Assembly (NCBI GenBank): GCA_028534125.1 | Contig: CM052816.1 | Location: 31,188,001-31,252,000, forward strand | Length of the DNA stretch: 64,000 bases | DNA from: Lama glama | Lineage: Eukaryota | Direction of reading: 5' to 3' | Shown here: positions 1 through 12,879 of the stretch, in pieces | Numbering within the stretch: the first letter of the stretch is position 1 | Layout of the letters: each line of letters opens with the position of its first letter | Translations under genes and position numbers: made by a program | Notes under the pieces: generated by a model | Database searches by the model: none | What the model saw: the letters and a program-made list of their open reading frames with translations, nothing else | What the model was told of the DNA's origin: nothing

Positions 1-711
1 TGAGGAAAAAAATAGTCTTGTATAGTCATTCTTACTTCAAGATTTAACTAAAATACTTATAAGGAGGAAGACACCACACAAAGCTAAACCTCAGGGGAAA
101 TGTTGCATAGTGCCAACCATTATTTTTATCTAAGGATGCAAGGGAAACACTCTCAGAGTGATTATTATTTGTCACACAGTTCGTGAGACACAGGAAAACA
201 CTGAAGTTCACCCAGAAGTGGATCTCAGACCTGCCAGCTGCAACTTGAGTTCTCCAGTGTTCTCTCTAAAACTGCCACTCCACCCTACTTCCTTTGCCTT
301 GAGGAGGCGGGAGTTTTACTAAGCACTGTTCTATAATTGGCATCTCACGCAGCCTGCCCCAAGGCCAGAAGACCCTTATTGGCATCAAGTGAAGCTTCAG
401 CCTTTGTATAAATAAGGATCACCATACAAAAGGAAAACAGGGAAAGTTTTGGAGTTCAGGTAGAGAACTGAAGAGCAAGCTAGGAGTTGGACAATTTCCT
501 TTCCCTTCCTGGTTCTATTACTACCTCACTAAGAAGCTTTCCCATGGACTAACATGATCAAAATAAGATCAGGAATAATAAACTTTAAAAAAAATTAAAT
601 CCTAGGAGCATCCCATCAGTAGCCAAAGATAAATTCAGGTAGCAACAGCTAAGATCAACAGAGATTTCATAAAGTTCTGCCCCTGTAGCAGATTTTTGGA
701 AAAAGATTGGT

Positions 712-1196
712 ATCTTGGGCTAATTAGTCTCAGTTCCCCATCACCTAATCCAATCTTTGCCCTGTTCTCTGTTCTGGGAGGCTGATCTCTACTAATTGCA
801 TCAACCAGCCTTTCTTGACCTCTGAGTCCAGTTGGGTTTGACCAAAGGGAGGCATCATCAAGAGATCAGAAAGCAAAAACAGACAAAAGTTGAGGCATTT
901 CCTCTCCCTGGCTCCTTCTGCAGCTCAGCACCATGATTCTGGCAGGGCCAAGCTCCTACTGAGCAGCTCTATTCCACTGCTCCAACCTTCACCAGGCTCC
1001 AGTAAACCATTTCCTCTTCTCCCTTAAAGTCTATTTAAGCGTGGTAATGACTTCTCATTGTTGTTAGTCCCTTAATTGTGTGCAATGATTCCTTATTGCT
1101 TCCCTTAATCTTGCCCACACCTCCAGAAACAACCCTTTTGTTGAATTCCAGGTAAACCATGGGCTGCACGATCTGGGATTTTTTTGGGACCCGATA
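712..1196 (+). mobile_element. ERVL-class LTR, LTR33-like (5' LTR)
   Basis: Resembles recalled LTR33 consensus (ctgggaggctgatctct...gggtttgaccaaagggaggca...cttgcccacacct); followed directly by ERVL internal sequence. Confidence 0.7.
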
Positions 1197-2195
1197 TCAT
1201 ACTTACACCAGAAATAGTTCCAGAAATAGATTCACAAAATGTGTCTATGGGGTTGGGCAGCTCACATATTTAAAGTGCATATGAATACCTTCCTTGCTGG
1301 GACAGTGTTTACTCGAATTCTCACCAATTTGATAGCATAGGGTGAATTACAGGTAGAAGAGCAAGGCCCTGGGAGATGGGCTGGCTGTAGGAATTAGCTA
1401 TTATGGTCACAATAGTAATTATGAGGATTGTGGATTATTATGGCTTCTTCTGACTGTCCTAAGAGAGCCTCAGCCTTCCCCACACCCAAATAAAAGGAAT
1501 AAGGCTTTAAACTCCCATCTGAGTATAAATGGACAGTCAGAAAATCTCTATGATCACCTTAAAGAAGGCCCTTATCTCATCTAGCTACAAGACCAATACA
1601 CTTTGGATGAGGCCCAGAGTTGCAACGTCAGTTAAATGTGTACCACCACCAGGTCTCTAGGTCTAAGGTAAGGACACTGATTGGGAAGGAGTGAGGTGCT
1701 GAGATGGGACGGGGATCCTTGGACAGACATAGACAAAGCTGAGAATTTCAAATCAGTAGCACCCCCTGAACATTCTTCAGCGCTCTATTCTGTCTGAGGA
1801 AACAACCTCTCCAGGCAGAAAAGGCTTTCTGGAGCAGTTGTCTTGAAAAGGAATATTTAAAGGCCTCACCCACCTACTTCTCGTTGCCTCCAGGCTCAAA
1901 ATGAGCTCCTAAAGTAGCCCAGAGAAACAGGTGCCAGGTCTTCTCCAGGAAGAGGGCCTACACACCCAGGGTCTTTCAGTTTTGTATCAGGAGATGTCTG
2001 GGGAGCATATGTGGCAGTGGATTCTAAGGGTGTTAAACCAAGTGTAAGACTGAATCAGATTAGATTTATTGATGCTGATGCGCTCACCTAAGACTCCGCA
2101 TTTAATATGTTAGCTTGAAGATTTGGATTAAAATTAACTGAAACTTAAGCTCAGCCATAGCTACAGTCAATGAGCCTGATGTGCCAGGATGACAG

Positions 2196-2357
2196 CAGCA
2201 GTTTCAACCCTGGTTACGCATTAGAGTCGCCTCAGTTTTCCAAACAAAGATGCTGAAACCTCCTGCCCAGACATTTCATTGTTATTAGTCTGGGGTGTGG
2301 CCAAAGCCCTGGTATTTTAAAAAATTTCCCAAGTGATTCTTATGTTGAAAACTGCTG
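2196..2357. mobile_element. MER5-like hAT-Charlie MITE inserted in ERVL gag
   Basis: TIRs cagcagtttcaac / gttgaaaactgctg; typical internal gtctggggtgtggcc...cccaagtgattct. Confidence 0.8.
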
Positions 2358-2412
2358 CTGTCATGAAAGAATCAAAAAGCTCCTGCTTATAGAAATACTG
2401 GGATGGATCTAT

Positions 2413-2464
2413 TATGTATGTATGTATGTATGTATGTATGTATGTATGTATGTATGTATATGTA
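2413..2464 (+). repeat. (TATG)11 microsatellite
   Basis: Directly visible. Confidence 0.97.
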
Positions 2465-3289
2465 TTTTCCACCTCCTAAACATACCCATTAAAGCACCCA
2501 CTGGCATTGCAGAACAACAGGCTCAACAGCTCTTGGAGGAAACAGATGCAGCTCCCAAAAGACGACAACCTGGCATATGGCAAAGAGCCTGGGGACGGGG
2601 TGAGGCGACTGCTCTGGGTGCCCGTGACATGGGCACAAAGGATAAAGGACACATGCCTTTCCCCTGCTGCCCCCTTTGTTGCTATAGACCAGTTGACATA
2701 TGATGTGAGAACTGACGCACAGGCCCATGTACATGGATAAAGGCCAAGGGGCAGGGGTGGAACAGTGGTAGACCAGAGAACTGAATTTATACTGTGTCCC
2801 ATGTGAGTGAGAGTCATCCAAAATCAGCATATCGGCATCTTTGTGGCAGCCCAATCTCATGTAATCTTGGAAAAGAAATACCACATCAGACACAGAAAAT
2901 GATGCACCAGCCAAGCCACACTCCTGCACTGGAGTTCCTCGGGGCTTCTGCTGAAGCCCACGTGTGAGGTAAGGGTTAGAGAGCATCCAGAAGGCGAGAA
3001 ATGCAGTCCAGAGTCCACATGGGTCCTGGCCTGGACTGGGGACACTCCCACAGGATGGTGCTAGTGGCCTCAGCTGGTCTCAGGCAGCAGGAGCAGGCAG
3101 GATTTGAAAACTTCCAAAAAGACCTTCCAAAGCACAGGAGCCTCTGAGGCACAAGCCCGAGTGGGAGGTCCACTTGTCCAGGTCCAGGGGTGGTTCTGGT
3201 GCTGGGACTCCCCTTCCAACCATGATAAAGCTCCTGGAACCAGCCCAGCTTCCTGTGGTAAGTGCCTTCCTATGGTAATCAACTAGAAA

Positions 3290-3830
3290 ACTGCATGAAT
3301 TATGAAGTAACCATTTTATATTAAAGAATCAGTACAGGATTGCGGGTCCTCTTTGAGAGAAGGGACACAAATGAAGTAACACCCACGATTATCCCGGCTT
3401 TCTAGACTAGAGTTTGAGGAGACTGACATGCTCAGTATAAATAGGGCAGAGTATCGGAGATGAGGGAGTTACACAGAGAAACTTGCACAGGGGTCCCCTG
3501 AGTCAGTTGCTGCATACTTAGCTGTACGTGCATAGGAGAAAATGCCTCAAAGTCAGGCAGAAAACAACCAGGAAACTCTAAGATGAACAATTCCAGAGCT
3601 CACAAAAGGCAGGGAAACATTTGTGTTCCACCCAGCCAGAGTGGAGAGTCCTTGCTGAACTTCAGGGCATTTAATCAAAAACCCCAAAAAAGAAACTTCT
3701 TAGTTTCGGGCTGGACCAACCCTAGAAGAAAAAGCTACTTTAGATCTGGCCCACTGAAGTCCAAAAACAAGACTCAGATGCTCCAAGCTGATGTGACAAG
3801 TCAGTTAGCTGTCTGCTAGAACAAAGTCAC
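3290..3830 (+). mobile_element. Old L1 (L1MC/L1MD-type) 5' region fragment
   Basis: Resembles recalled L1M 5'-end sequence (ccagagctcaca...atttgtgttccacccagccagagtggagag). Confidence 0.55.
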
Positions 3831-3835
3831 AGCCC

Positions 3836-4235
3836 TGTGTTAAGTCTGGATCCTCCCAGAAGCAGACGCCAAACGCCAAGAGGAGATTAAATGTGCAAGG
3901 GTTTTATTAGGGAAAATGCTTGTGGGAGAGGAAACAGGCAGGGAGCCAGGGAAAAATGGGAGAGTCATCAGATCTCAATGTAAATTTGACCTCAAGTGAA
4001 GGAGAGAGGGAAAGAAGGTTGGGTGGGAGCATTCTAGACTGCCCCGCAGTCAGTGAAAGAGTTGATAAAGCTGTTGGGAGCCCTTGAGCCCTAAGACTGC
4101 CATTGGAGATTTCTACGTCTCCCTACCTCACTCAGTGAGGACAGCCCAGAAGAGGCATGCTCTCCTCTGGTGATGGCTTTTAAGCATAGCATCTTGGGCC
4201 CAGCAGGCCAGCTGGGTACATTTTCATGGCTTCCA
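3836..4235 (-). mobile_element. LTR16-family ERVL LTR (3' LTR)
   Basis: Starts tgtgttaagtctggatcctcccagaagcagac...tgtgcaaggggttttattaggg, the reverse complement of an LTR16 3' end with its polyA signal. Confidence 0.7.
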
Positions 4236-6180
4236 TAGACCACGGTGCAGATCTGCTTTGCCATATAGGAGCAGTGCCTTTGTCGCTCCTTATGGGCCTC
4301 TCTTGCTGAGGGGAAACGCAGTAAAAGGAGGTTAGTAGGATGCACCACAGTTCCTGGTATGGTAGTTGATCTCAAGGCCACAACTGGAACTCATTCCTTC
4401 CCTCCTCCACTATTGATTCTGAATTCCCTTCATCCTCAGCAGGTCTAGTGGCTTATCTGATGGTAGGAACCAGACCTTATTCCTGTGGGGTCTGATTACT
4501 TGATAGTCCCACCTTTCTCAGTCTAGCATGGGTGCAAATGTCCACTCATAGTTACACAGGACAAGGAAGTACCTAAAAGTGCCCAAGTGGATCATGACAG
4601 TGTCCCCATTGTGTAAAAGCATCTTACCTCTTCCTGCTGGCTAGGGTCAATTACCACTGCCAGAATGGTACTCCTCTATTTGCCAGCTAGTACCTGAGCT
4701 CAATGAGTCCAGAGTGCCCTGGGGCAGCCGTAACTTATAGTTCAGTGGTACACTTGCTGTGTCCTCTAGGAAGAGTGCACCCCTTAGGGCACTGGGACCT
4801 CCAACCACACAGAGCCCAGAATTGCAGAGATAAGAAATACAAATTTCCTGGTGAGTCATAGGAAGGAATAGTACGTAGGGCCATTCCTTTCTTTATTTGT
4901 TGTCTTCCAGGCTTGTTCCCTTCCAAATGGGGAAATGGCATATTAGAGGTCTCTGATTTAATACATCCATTGCCCTCCAAAGGATAGGACCTCATCCTTT
5001 CAGTGTTTCCTTCAAGCTGGCAACTGAATTGCACCTTTAGAAGGCCTCTCCAACACTCTTTAAGGTCAGCTGCCTCTAGACGGTATGGTATGTGCTACAA
5101 CCAGTGAAGTCAGAGGCCTTCTCCCATAATCTTGTTACTGTAAAGTGGGTCCCCAAGTCAGATACTATGCTGTGTGGGATTCCATGTCGATGGAGCAAGC
5201 ATTAGCAAAGCCCACAGATAATGGCACTGGCCAAGGCTCGGTGGGCAACAAAGGCAAATTTACACCTCAAATAGATTACCTATCCTAGTGAGAAGACACA
5301 CTAGCCTTTCCAAAATAACTAATCGTTCACGACTGCAACCGGTGCTACCTGGTCAAGTCTGCAATAGGTCTACAATCATTCCCTAGGATTCACCTGGCTT
5401 CCACAGGAGCCAGATTGGAATTAAGTGAAAGTATGATAGGAACCAGCATCCTTGCATATTACAGATCTTTAATAGTGGCATTGGTCTCTGCTATCTTCCC
5501 TGTTTCTGATTTGCTATCTAGCTGGGGGAGGGAGGTTTGGATTTAGAGGCTCCCATTTGGTTTTTCCCTCTATGATGCTCTTTACTCTACAGGCAAGGGA
5601 CTCAATATTAGAGTTACTCCAGCTACTAAGTATACTGATTCCGATTGTGCACTCAGACACTATGAACCAGACTTTAGCCAGGACTCCATTTATTACCATG
5701 GCCCCACTCTAACAGGGCCCATGACGGCACTTTGGGACTCTGGTGTCATGTCAGCTCAGATCTGTGTGCAGTATGCTTCAAAAGAGGTTATCCCCCTTTT
5801 CCCAGGGTAAAGTCACCCAAGTAAATGATTTCAGGTCTCTTTCTGGAAGGATGGGAGGCATCACCTCTGTAGACACCAGCCAACATCATGACTGGTCCTT
5901 CCTCCTATGGAGTAGTCACTTCTTCAGTCAGTGTGTTTCAGATCTAAAAACTGGGTTGAGTCTGGGACCAGAACAAGGAATTGTGGCTTTTTTTGGGGGG
6001 TGGCCACGTGGTCTTCAGTTCTTTTTGTTATCGCTGTTGTGGTTGCTGTTTTCATTTTAATAGATGCTGAGTAGCAGCCTTACTGGCCACCTGTATATTT
6101 TGACCCTGGAGACATCTTGCTCTAATAACTACCTCCATAACTCCTGGTGGGTCAAGCCCCCTCATCTACAAACAAAAAGT
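4236..6180 (-). mobile_element. ERVL internal remnant (gag C-terminus, protease, deleted pol, dUTPase-like segment)
   Basis: Minus-strand VPLNYKLRLPQG (ERVL dUTPase-like), GKTKWEPLNPNLP (pro/RT junction), degenerate protease motif ~5745-5775. Confidence 0.8.
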
Positions 6181-6696
6181 AAGTATATCCGTATGGAGAC
6201 TCAGCTGGAGTCATCAGGAGTAAGGTTTTCAGAAGAGCTCTCTTGGGAAGGGTTGAAAGGGCAAGTGGAACTCAGAAGGGTGGTTGCAGAGACAACTCTG
6301 ACCTCCACGCATCTCCTGTGTGACCAAGCTTTGATCCAAGTTCCAGAAAAACAAACCACAAAGTCAAACAAAATTTAAGGGATAAGGACAAGAGAAAAGA
6401 CCTAAAGTTAATAAAGGGCTAACATTTAAGAAGTGATTGACTAAAAATACAGAATAAAAAGAAATTTAAAAGAAAAAGGAGGTAAGATAAAATTTTAACC
6501 AAAGAAAAGAATCCTGTCAGTTTAGATTAAGAATATCATAAAATACTGGAAATTTAAAATATATAAATGATAAAATTCTTAAAGACAAAAGGCTAGAAAA
6601 ATAAAAGGATTTTACAAAATAAATAATGAAATAAACACTTCAAATAATCATTAGTAAGATGGAAGTAAAAACAGACTTAAGGATACAAGAATTTTA

Positions 6697-6798
6697 GCCT
6701 ATAATGGAAGTCTGAAAAGGAATATACATATGTGAAACACTTTGCTGTACACCTGAAACCAGCACAGTATTGTAAATCAACTACACTCCAAATTAAAA
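6697..6798 (+). mobile_element. 5'-truncated artiodactyl-type L1 3' end with TSD
   Basis: tgctgtacacctgaaac...tgtaaatcaactacact plus A tail; TSD aag(g/a)atacaagaatttta at 6679-6696 and 6799-6816. Confidence 0.85.
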
Positions 6799-8449
6799 AA
6801 GAATACAAGAATTTTAAAAATTTAAACATTTTAACAGTAGAAATAAAGAATATATAAACATAAAGGAAAACAAGGCAGAAGCAGGAAGACAAAGATTAAA
6901 GAGATAGATATTAAGTTAAATAGGATAGACGGAGGGAAGGGAACAACCCATGTAAACAAACTACCACAAAACCTCCAGGGGCAATACAGTTTTCCCTAGT
7001 TGCCTTGATGGCAAGAAATCTATTATCTTCCTAATAAAGCTCCCTTCTAGAGGGCACCTCCCAGACCATGCCCCACTCCCAAAGAATTCAGGAACTTTTC
7101 TGGCATTTACCCAAAGGGTAACCTTGTTTTAAAAACTCTTTCAAAAGACTATGTCTCTCTCCAGTCAGCTTTTCCTGAAAATTCACAGTGATGGAAAGTA
7201 GGAGGGGAGGCCACAGCTCGGATGGAGAGAGAACAGAGGTCCACCCCTGGCATTGCTTTTGCTGTCATGTGAGGCTGCTATTAAAAATCAGTCCTTGTGT
7301 ATATACCGTCCATTCACCCATGATGTCTTATTTAGCCAGGTCCTCACGCAGGCCACTCTGGTTCTTTGAGAGTGGAGGAGCTCAGCCAGGCCCCATGCTG
7401 GGGATCCCAGAACTGTAACTCTTAGGGTCGGCTCTTCCAGCTCCCACACAATGTACCATCAAGTGCCCCAGAAGCACTGGGTCCTGTGTAGTCAGAGACT
7501 CCAGGGAGCTATCCCTCAAGTCTTCTAAAGGAGCCCACCCTGACTGATTCCAAAATGCCACATTTATCCTTCCAGTGGGCGACCTTTGTGACCTGGTTGA
7601 TGTTCTGGCACTTCTCTCTCTGGAGAAGAGGAAACTAAATCATAAATTGAATCCATATTCAGGTGTCTTGACAGAATATCCATTCCTCTAACATGACGGA
7701 ATATATTCTAAGATATTGAAACACACAACACAAAACAGATAAATCCTTAATAGAAGACTATAAGAAGTCTTACCATAAGAATATAAGTCCTTAATATAAT
7801 ATAAAAACAGAATAGAAAGAGAAAAACTAAAACAAAATGAACAAAACCCAGCTATAAGCAGGTCAAGAGTCCCATCACTTCTGGAATCCCTGCTTTACTA
7901 CTTCTCCCTAGTTTGGGTTCTTCATGCCCAGGATGGAAGAGCCAGAAGCAGAAAGTTATTTTCCCCTGGAGCCATGTTGAAGGCCATGGTCATGTCAAAA
8001 TGAGTCATTGCTCTTTAGAACCAGGAGTCCCTGTAACTAGAGTTGTGGGGCCGCCGTCCTGCCCGCACACAACTCAGCACAATTAGGCTGGCATATCCAC
8101 ATCATAGAATCGAAAACCAGGTAATAAGCCACTGTTGGAGTTACTTGCTGAGATGGCCATAATCACAAACCAGTGGAAAACCAGTATTTTGTACCGTGCC
8201 TCACAAGGAGGTGCTATTTCCCACTGATTGCGTCTAGACATGCTGAGATTTTTGAAAAGAGCACTAATGGGTTCTTACTCATCTAAGTAAAGAGTGATAG
8301 ACTTTTTTGTACTTCCAATATATATTTGAAGAAGAATAAAATGAGCTTTCTTCCTCAATGATTAAGTGTGCAGAGTTTGCTGGCAATGGTGTTGTTTTAC
8401 TTGCCAATTTACACATCTGTAAGAGGCACAGGAAGAACTGATTTGAGGA

Positions 8450-9370
8450 TAGCCTATTTTTCTTTTATAATTTTTTTTATGTTAAAAGAAATATACTCAC
8501 ATTGTGGACAATTAGAAAACAGAACAGGAAAAAAGTGCCCATAATACTAACATACACCACTATGAACACTTTGGGGTATTTCCTTCCAATTGTGTTCCTA
8601 TCTATCCACTGAAATAAAACAAAACAAAACAAAAAACAGGAACACATAGTATATACAAAATATAGAAAATACAGGGTCCTTTTTTATTTAATTCAAATCA
8701 TATCATGAGCATTTCCTCATATTACTATTTTCACAAGGATTATTTTATTTTTAATATGTGTATAATAGAATTTTTGTGTACAAAACCAGCCTCCCACCAT
8801 TGTACATTTAGATTATTTCTAAAAGTTTGCAATTACAAAAAAAAAAACAAAACCAAAGGAGGGTTAAATCAGATATATACTAGTTCCAAAATTATATCGC
8901 TTTCTTAGGAATGATACACAGGAATAGAATTACAAGAATTATATAGAATTATAATGTGACCAATTTTTATGTTTCTAAATAAATGTCACTAAATTGCCTT
9001 CCAGGTAGGGGTGGAATTCAAAACACTCAACACCTAGTATGGATACAGGACAATCAAAACAGACTACTGCTGTCAATAACCTGTACAAGAGCCTTGGGGC
9101 ACACCAGCAGAACAGCAGCCTGCTTATGCTAATTTACAAATTATGCTGATTTGGGCCACCAAATAATACCCTTAACAGCATTATTACCATTTATATATTT
9201 TTAAAAATCTAATCAAAAAGATATCCTTTTACTCTTTTTGTCACTGCTATTTTAATGTTTAATGTTCTACCTTATTAGTAAGGTTGAAGTTTTTTTTCAT
9301 ATCCATTGGATTTTTCAGAACTTCACTCTTTATTCCATTCTTTGCACATTTATTTATTGGCATCCTAATG
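8450..9370 (-). mobile_element. Highly diverged L1ME-type fragments, with a possible hAT MITE at ~9005-9122
   Basis: AT-rich L1 3'-like motifs (ttcttaggaatgatacacaggaatagaattac; aaattgccttcca). Confidence 0.45.
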
Positions 9371-9491
9371 TTTTAGTTATATATCAGAGAAGCCATATTG
9401 CACAGTAGTTAAGACAGCAGGCTCTGAAGTTAGGTGGGGAGGGGTTTCAGTTCTTAAACTATGGCTTTCCAGCTAAGTGACATTGGGCTAG

Positions 9492-9590
9492 TGTCTCAGC
9501 TCAGACTGCTACAACAAAACACCACAGACTGAGTGGCTTAAACAACAGAAATTTACTTCTTACAATTCTGGAGGCTAGAATTTGAGAAGA
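9492..9590 (-). mobile_element. MLT1 (MaLR) LTR fragment next to a MIR fragment (9390-9490)
   Basis: caccacagactgagtggcttaaacaacagaaatttacttcttacaattctggaggctagaa. Confidence 0.8.
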
Positions 9591-10139
9591 TACCAAAACC
9601 ATGTAGGCTTGAAAAAATGATTTTTATCCCCTAATGCACATTTCCAGTTCAACATCACAAACTGATCACACACATTATATCTTCTTGTTCTTCAAACATA
9701 CACACACAAGAATAAGAAAAGGCCAGAGTGGTGAAAATTTTTGGAACACTTCAGAAAGCTGAGGAAGCGAAAAACGAAGCTTGCAGAGGAGAACAGTAAT
9801 GAGAAGCAAGGGAACCCCCCTCCACAGAACCCCAGAAAGGCTTAGAATCTGGAGGTATCTGCTTCCAGAGAAAGGGCACCGATGATGTGAGAATAAAATC
9901 AGGGGGCTTGGTTCATCTTTCCACATGTCTTTCTGTTCACTCTTTGTGGCCCAAAGACTTCACATCTCTGGTCCCACTCGATCTCCACACATACACATAA
10001 AGAACTGGAGGTTCATTCTTTGGAAGAATTGAACTGAAGTGGCTCTGACCTTGAGACACGGCACCCGGCAGAAGGCGAGGGAAAGCCACAGGAAGACTTG
10101 ACACTTCCAAACTGACTTCCAGACGTTCCTCAAATTATA

Positions 10140-10690
10140 GCACATGGCAACTTCTTCCTTCCAGTTACACAGTCCGCAAATCTGTGATTCCTCTTTGGCA
10201 TCTTTTTCTTTTAAACTTGGCACCCAGTTTATCAGGAAATCTTGTTGATTCTACTTTTAAAATAAATCCGGAATCCAACTGCTTTTCACCACCTTTATGG
10301 CTGCTCCCCTGGGGCAGGCCACCATCTCTCTCTCTATTGGATTCCTGGAATAACCTCCTAAGTCGTCTCCTCACCTCTAATGTTGCTGCCTATAACTGTG
10401 CTCAACACAAGTGTCAGAGTGATTCTTCCAAATCTGAAGTCAGATCCTGTTAATCTTCTACTTCAAAACTTACAACAGCAGCACCCACTGTACTCAGTAA
10501 AAGCTTCCCATAACCCACAGGCCTTCCTTTGATCTCTCTGATCTCCCCTCCTCTTATTTCCTCCTCAGTCACTCTCCTGCTGCTATACTGATCTCCTTGC
10601 TATTCCTCTAACCTGACAGATCTGCCTCCACCTCAGGGCATTTGCACTGGGTTCCTTGCAACTAGACTACTTCAGCCTTATCCCAGATAT
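10140..10690 (+). mobile_element. L2 3' region
   Basis: Typical L2 motifs (aataacctcctaagtcgtctcc; cctcagggcatttgcactgg). Confidence 0.8.
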
Positions 10691-10694
10691 TCTG

Positions 10695-10812
10695 TGATAA
10701 ATATATGCAAATACTACACCTTTTTATATAAGGGACTTGAGCATCCATGGATTTTGGTATCCACAGAGGATCCCAGAACCAATCCCCTGCAGATACCTAG
10801 GGATGACTGTAC
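10695..10812 (+). mobile_element. MER2/Tigger (TcMar) terminal fragment
   Basis: ataagggacttgagcatccatggattttggtatcc...gggatgactgta ending at TA. Confidence 0.85.
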
Positions 10813-10859
10813 TGTGTGATCGGCATAATCTAATTGGAAAACAATAGCGAGAACAAAAA

Positions 10860-11870
10860 GTCAAGACTCCCACCAACGTACTTTGTTGTGAATTTCAGAG
10901 CATCTAAAAAGGACAATCTTAAAAAGCCTCCAGAGAGAAAAACTCAACCATGAATCAGAATGGCATCAGACTTATCACAACATTGTGAGTTCCCTCAACA
11001 TTCTTAGTGGAAATTTTCAACCTAGAATTCTATACCCAGCCAAAATATCGATCAAGTAGGAGAGCAAACTAAGTATCTAAAATTTTTAGATATGCAAAAA
11101 CTTAGAAAACTTACCTCTTATGCACTGTTTTAGGAAGTCAGTGAAAAGATGTGTTTCCCTACACACTGAAGAAAGATGAGGACATGGCTCAGTAAATGGT
11201 GGTTCTAGCATCCCTAGGGGTGAGGGCTACGGAGCAGACCTAGAGAGAAACCTGTCCAGGAGGGCAGAGGGCTGCATCATCTCCAGGCTGAAGAGACGTG
11301 TGGGAGTGACAGTGGGATGATATGAGGTGTTTTACTTCTTGGCAAACATTTTTGCCAGAAGTTTGACTGATCATTGGATCCTTTTAAGAAAATTGCAATG
11401 TATGAATGGAAATAAATGGATACAAACAAATGAAAAAACAAGGCAATTATTAACTCCAGGAAGAAGGGAAAAAATGATCCAAGAACAGAAATATATTCAT
11501 GGCTACACTGATGATTTATGCATATCAATCATTACTGATTGGAATTAAACTGTGGCATAACCATAGTAGGAGGATGGGAAGAAAGAGAGTGAAAGATGAT
11601 ATTGTAGAAGACAGCTTAACTGTTAATTCCATGTAATAGAATGGCAAGAGACACTCTAAAACTGACAATCAAAAATAGCGGTCTACGCATGGTATTTAGA
11701 AATACAGAAGCACAGCCAAGAAGAAAACGTTAAAGCAGGTTCAGGGATGGGTGGAGAGGGGTGTGACAGGAGATTGCTGCTTTTTATTAGAAGCTTTTCA
11801 GCATTGTTTGATTTTTTAAATTACTTTGTTTTTTAAAAACATTACTTTGATAAAAATATAAATTAATTTC
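10860..11870 (+). mobile_element. HAL1 / old L1 ORF1-like fragment
   Basis: gaatcagaatggcatcagactt; ttttcaacctagaattctatacccagccaaa (ORF1 FQPRILYPAK-like). Confidence 0.65.
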
Positions 11871-12239
11871 AAAAGTAAGTAAGTATGTAAATGCATACAA
11901 ATGATGCATGCTCATTAAAAAAATGCATAAAATAGCAAAAAAGGGGGTGGGGAAATCAACCATAGTTTCAAAACCCAAAACCATCACTGGAAGACCATTG
12001 TATTTACTTTATCTTTTATTAAAAAAAGAGCATTGTAACTACATTTTTATGCATTTAAATCCTGCCCTTTTTTAAACTTTATATCATTCCAAAGCAATTT
12101 TTATCAACCATTTTAGTAGCTGCATAACATTCCTCTGATCTGCATCCCTACTGACTCCTGGTACTCACTTAGATGGCAAAGACATCTCCAAAAAAGAGAT
12201 GACTGAGGGAGTAGAGGGCTCCTTTTAAAAAACTAAAAT

Positions 12240-12600
12240 CTTGCATCAGGGAAAAGCTCTTATGAAAACTCAATCCAAACTAGTTCAAGCAAAAAGGGAA
12301 CCTTATTGGCTCATGGAATTGGAAAGTGCGGGGTATCACTCCAGGCAGTACTAGGTCCAGGACTCAAACAACATCACCAGGTCTGGCTTTCTCTTTCCTC
12401 CATCCTCAGCCGCATCTGCTCTCTTAGTCAGCCCTTAGGTAGTTCTTCCTCGTGGTTGCAAGGTGGCAGCAGCAGTTTCAGCCTTACCTCTTCCCAGGAG
12501 GGCCTCTTTCCCTGGGATCCAGGCACGGAGATGTTTAGTGGTTGGATTCATGATGCTTTGTGGACTTGCCACATGGTACAAGGAATACGGTGGGAAGCTC
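12240..12600 (-). mobile_element. Old MLT1 (J/K-like) LTR
   Basis: caaactagttcaagcaaaaagggaaccttattggctcat...ccaggactcaaacaacatcaccagg. Confidence 0.6.
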
Positions 12601-12879
12601 AGGGTTGTCCCCAGGATGGTGGGCAGTTGGAGAAACACTCCAACATACTATGGCTGATTTATATTGTCTTCTTCATACTTGCCTTTATTGTACTTTTACA
12701 ATTAAACAAACCAAAACAGGAGAAGAGAACATGACAGGGCAGGTTGGTAACACTATGAATTCGTGGTGGCCAGCCTCTGCTAGACCCTCGGTCCTAGCAT
12801 TTCTCCGTCTTGCTTTGTCACTATCTACCACAATTTATGTTCACACATTCTCCACTCTCCTCACTTATAACCCTCCTCC

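Larger units (their letters stand above)
1200..2470 (+). mobile_element. ERVL (ERV3-16A3-like) internal fragment, degenerate gag N-terminal half
   Basis: Degenerate leader after the LTR; gag-like remnants (LKEGPYLI/LKETLIS-type region ~1560, WIYYV at ~2403); many stops and frameshifts. Confidence 0.7.

Noticed and set aside
1..700. LVRN first exon or promoter expected from synteny
   Set aside because: No CpG island or aminopeptidase-like coding sequence seen in the window
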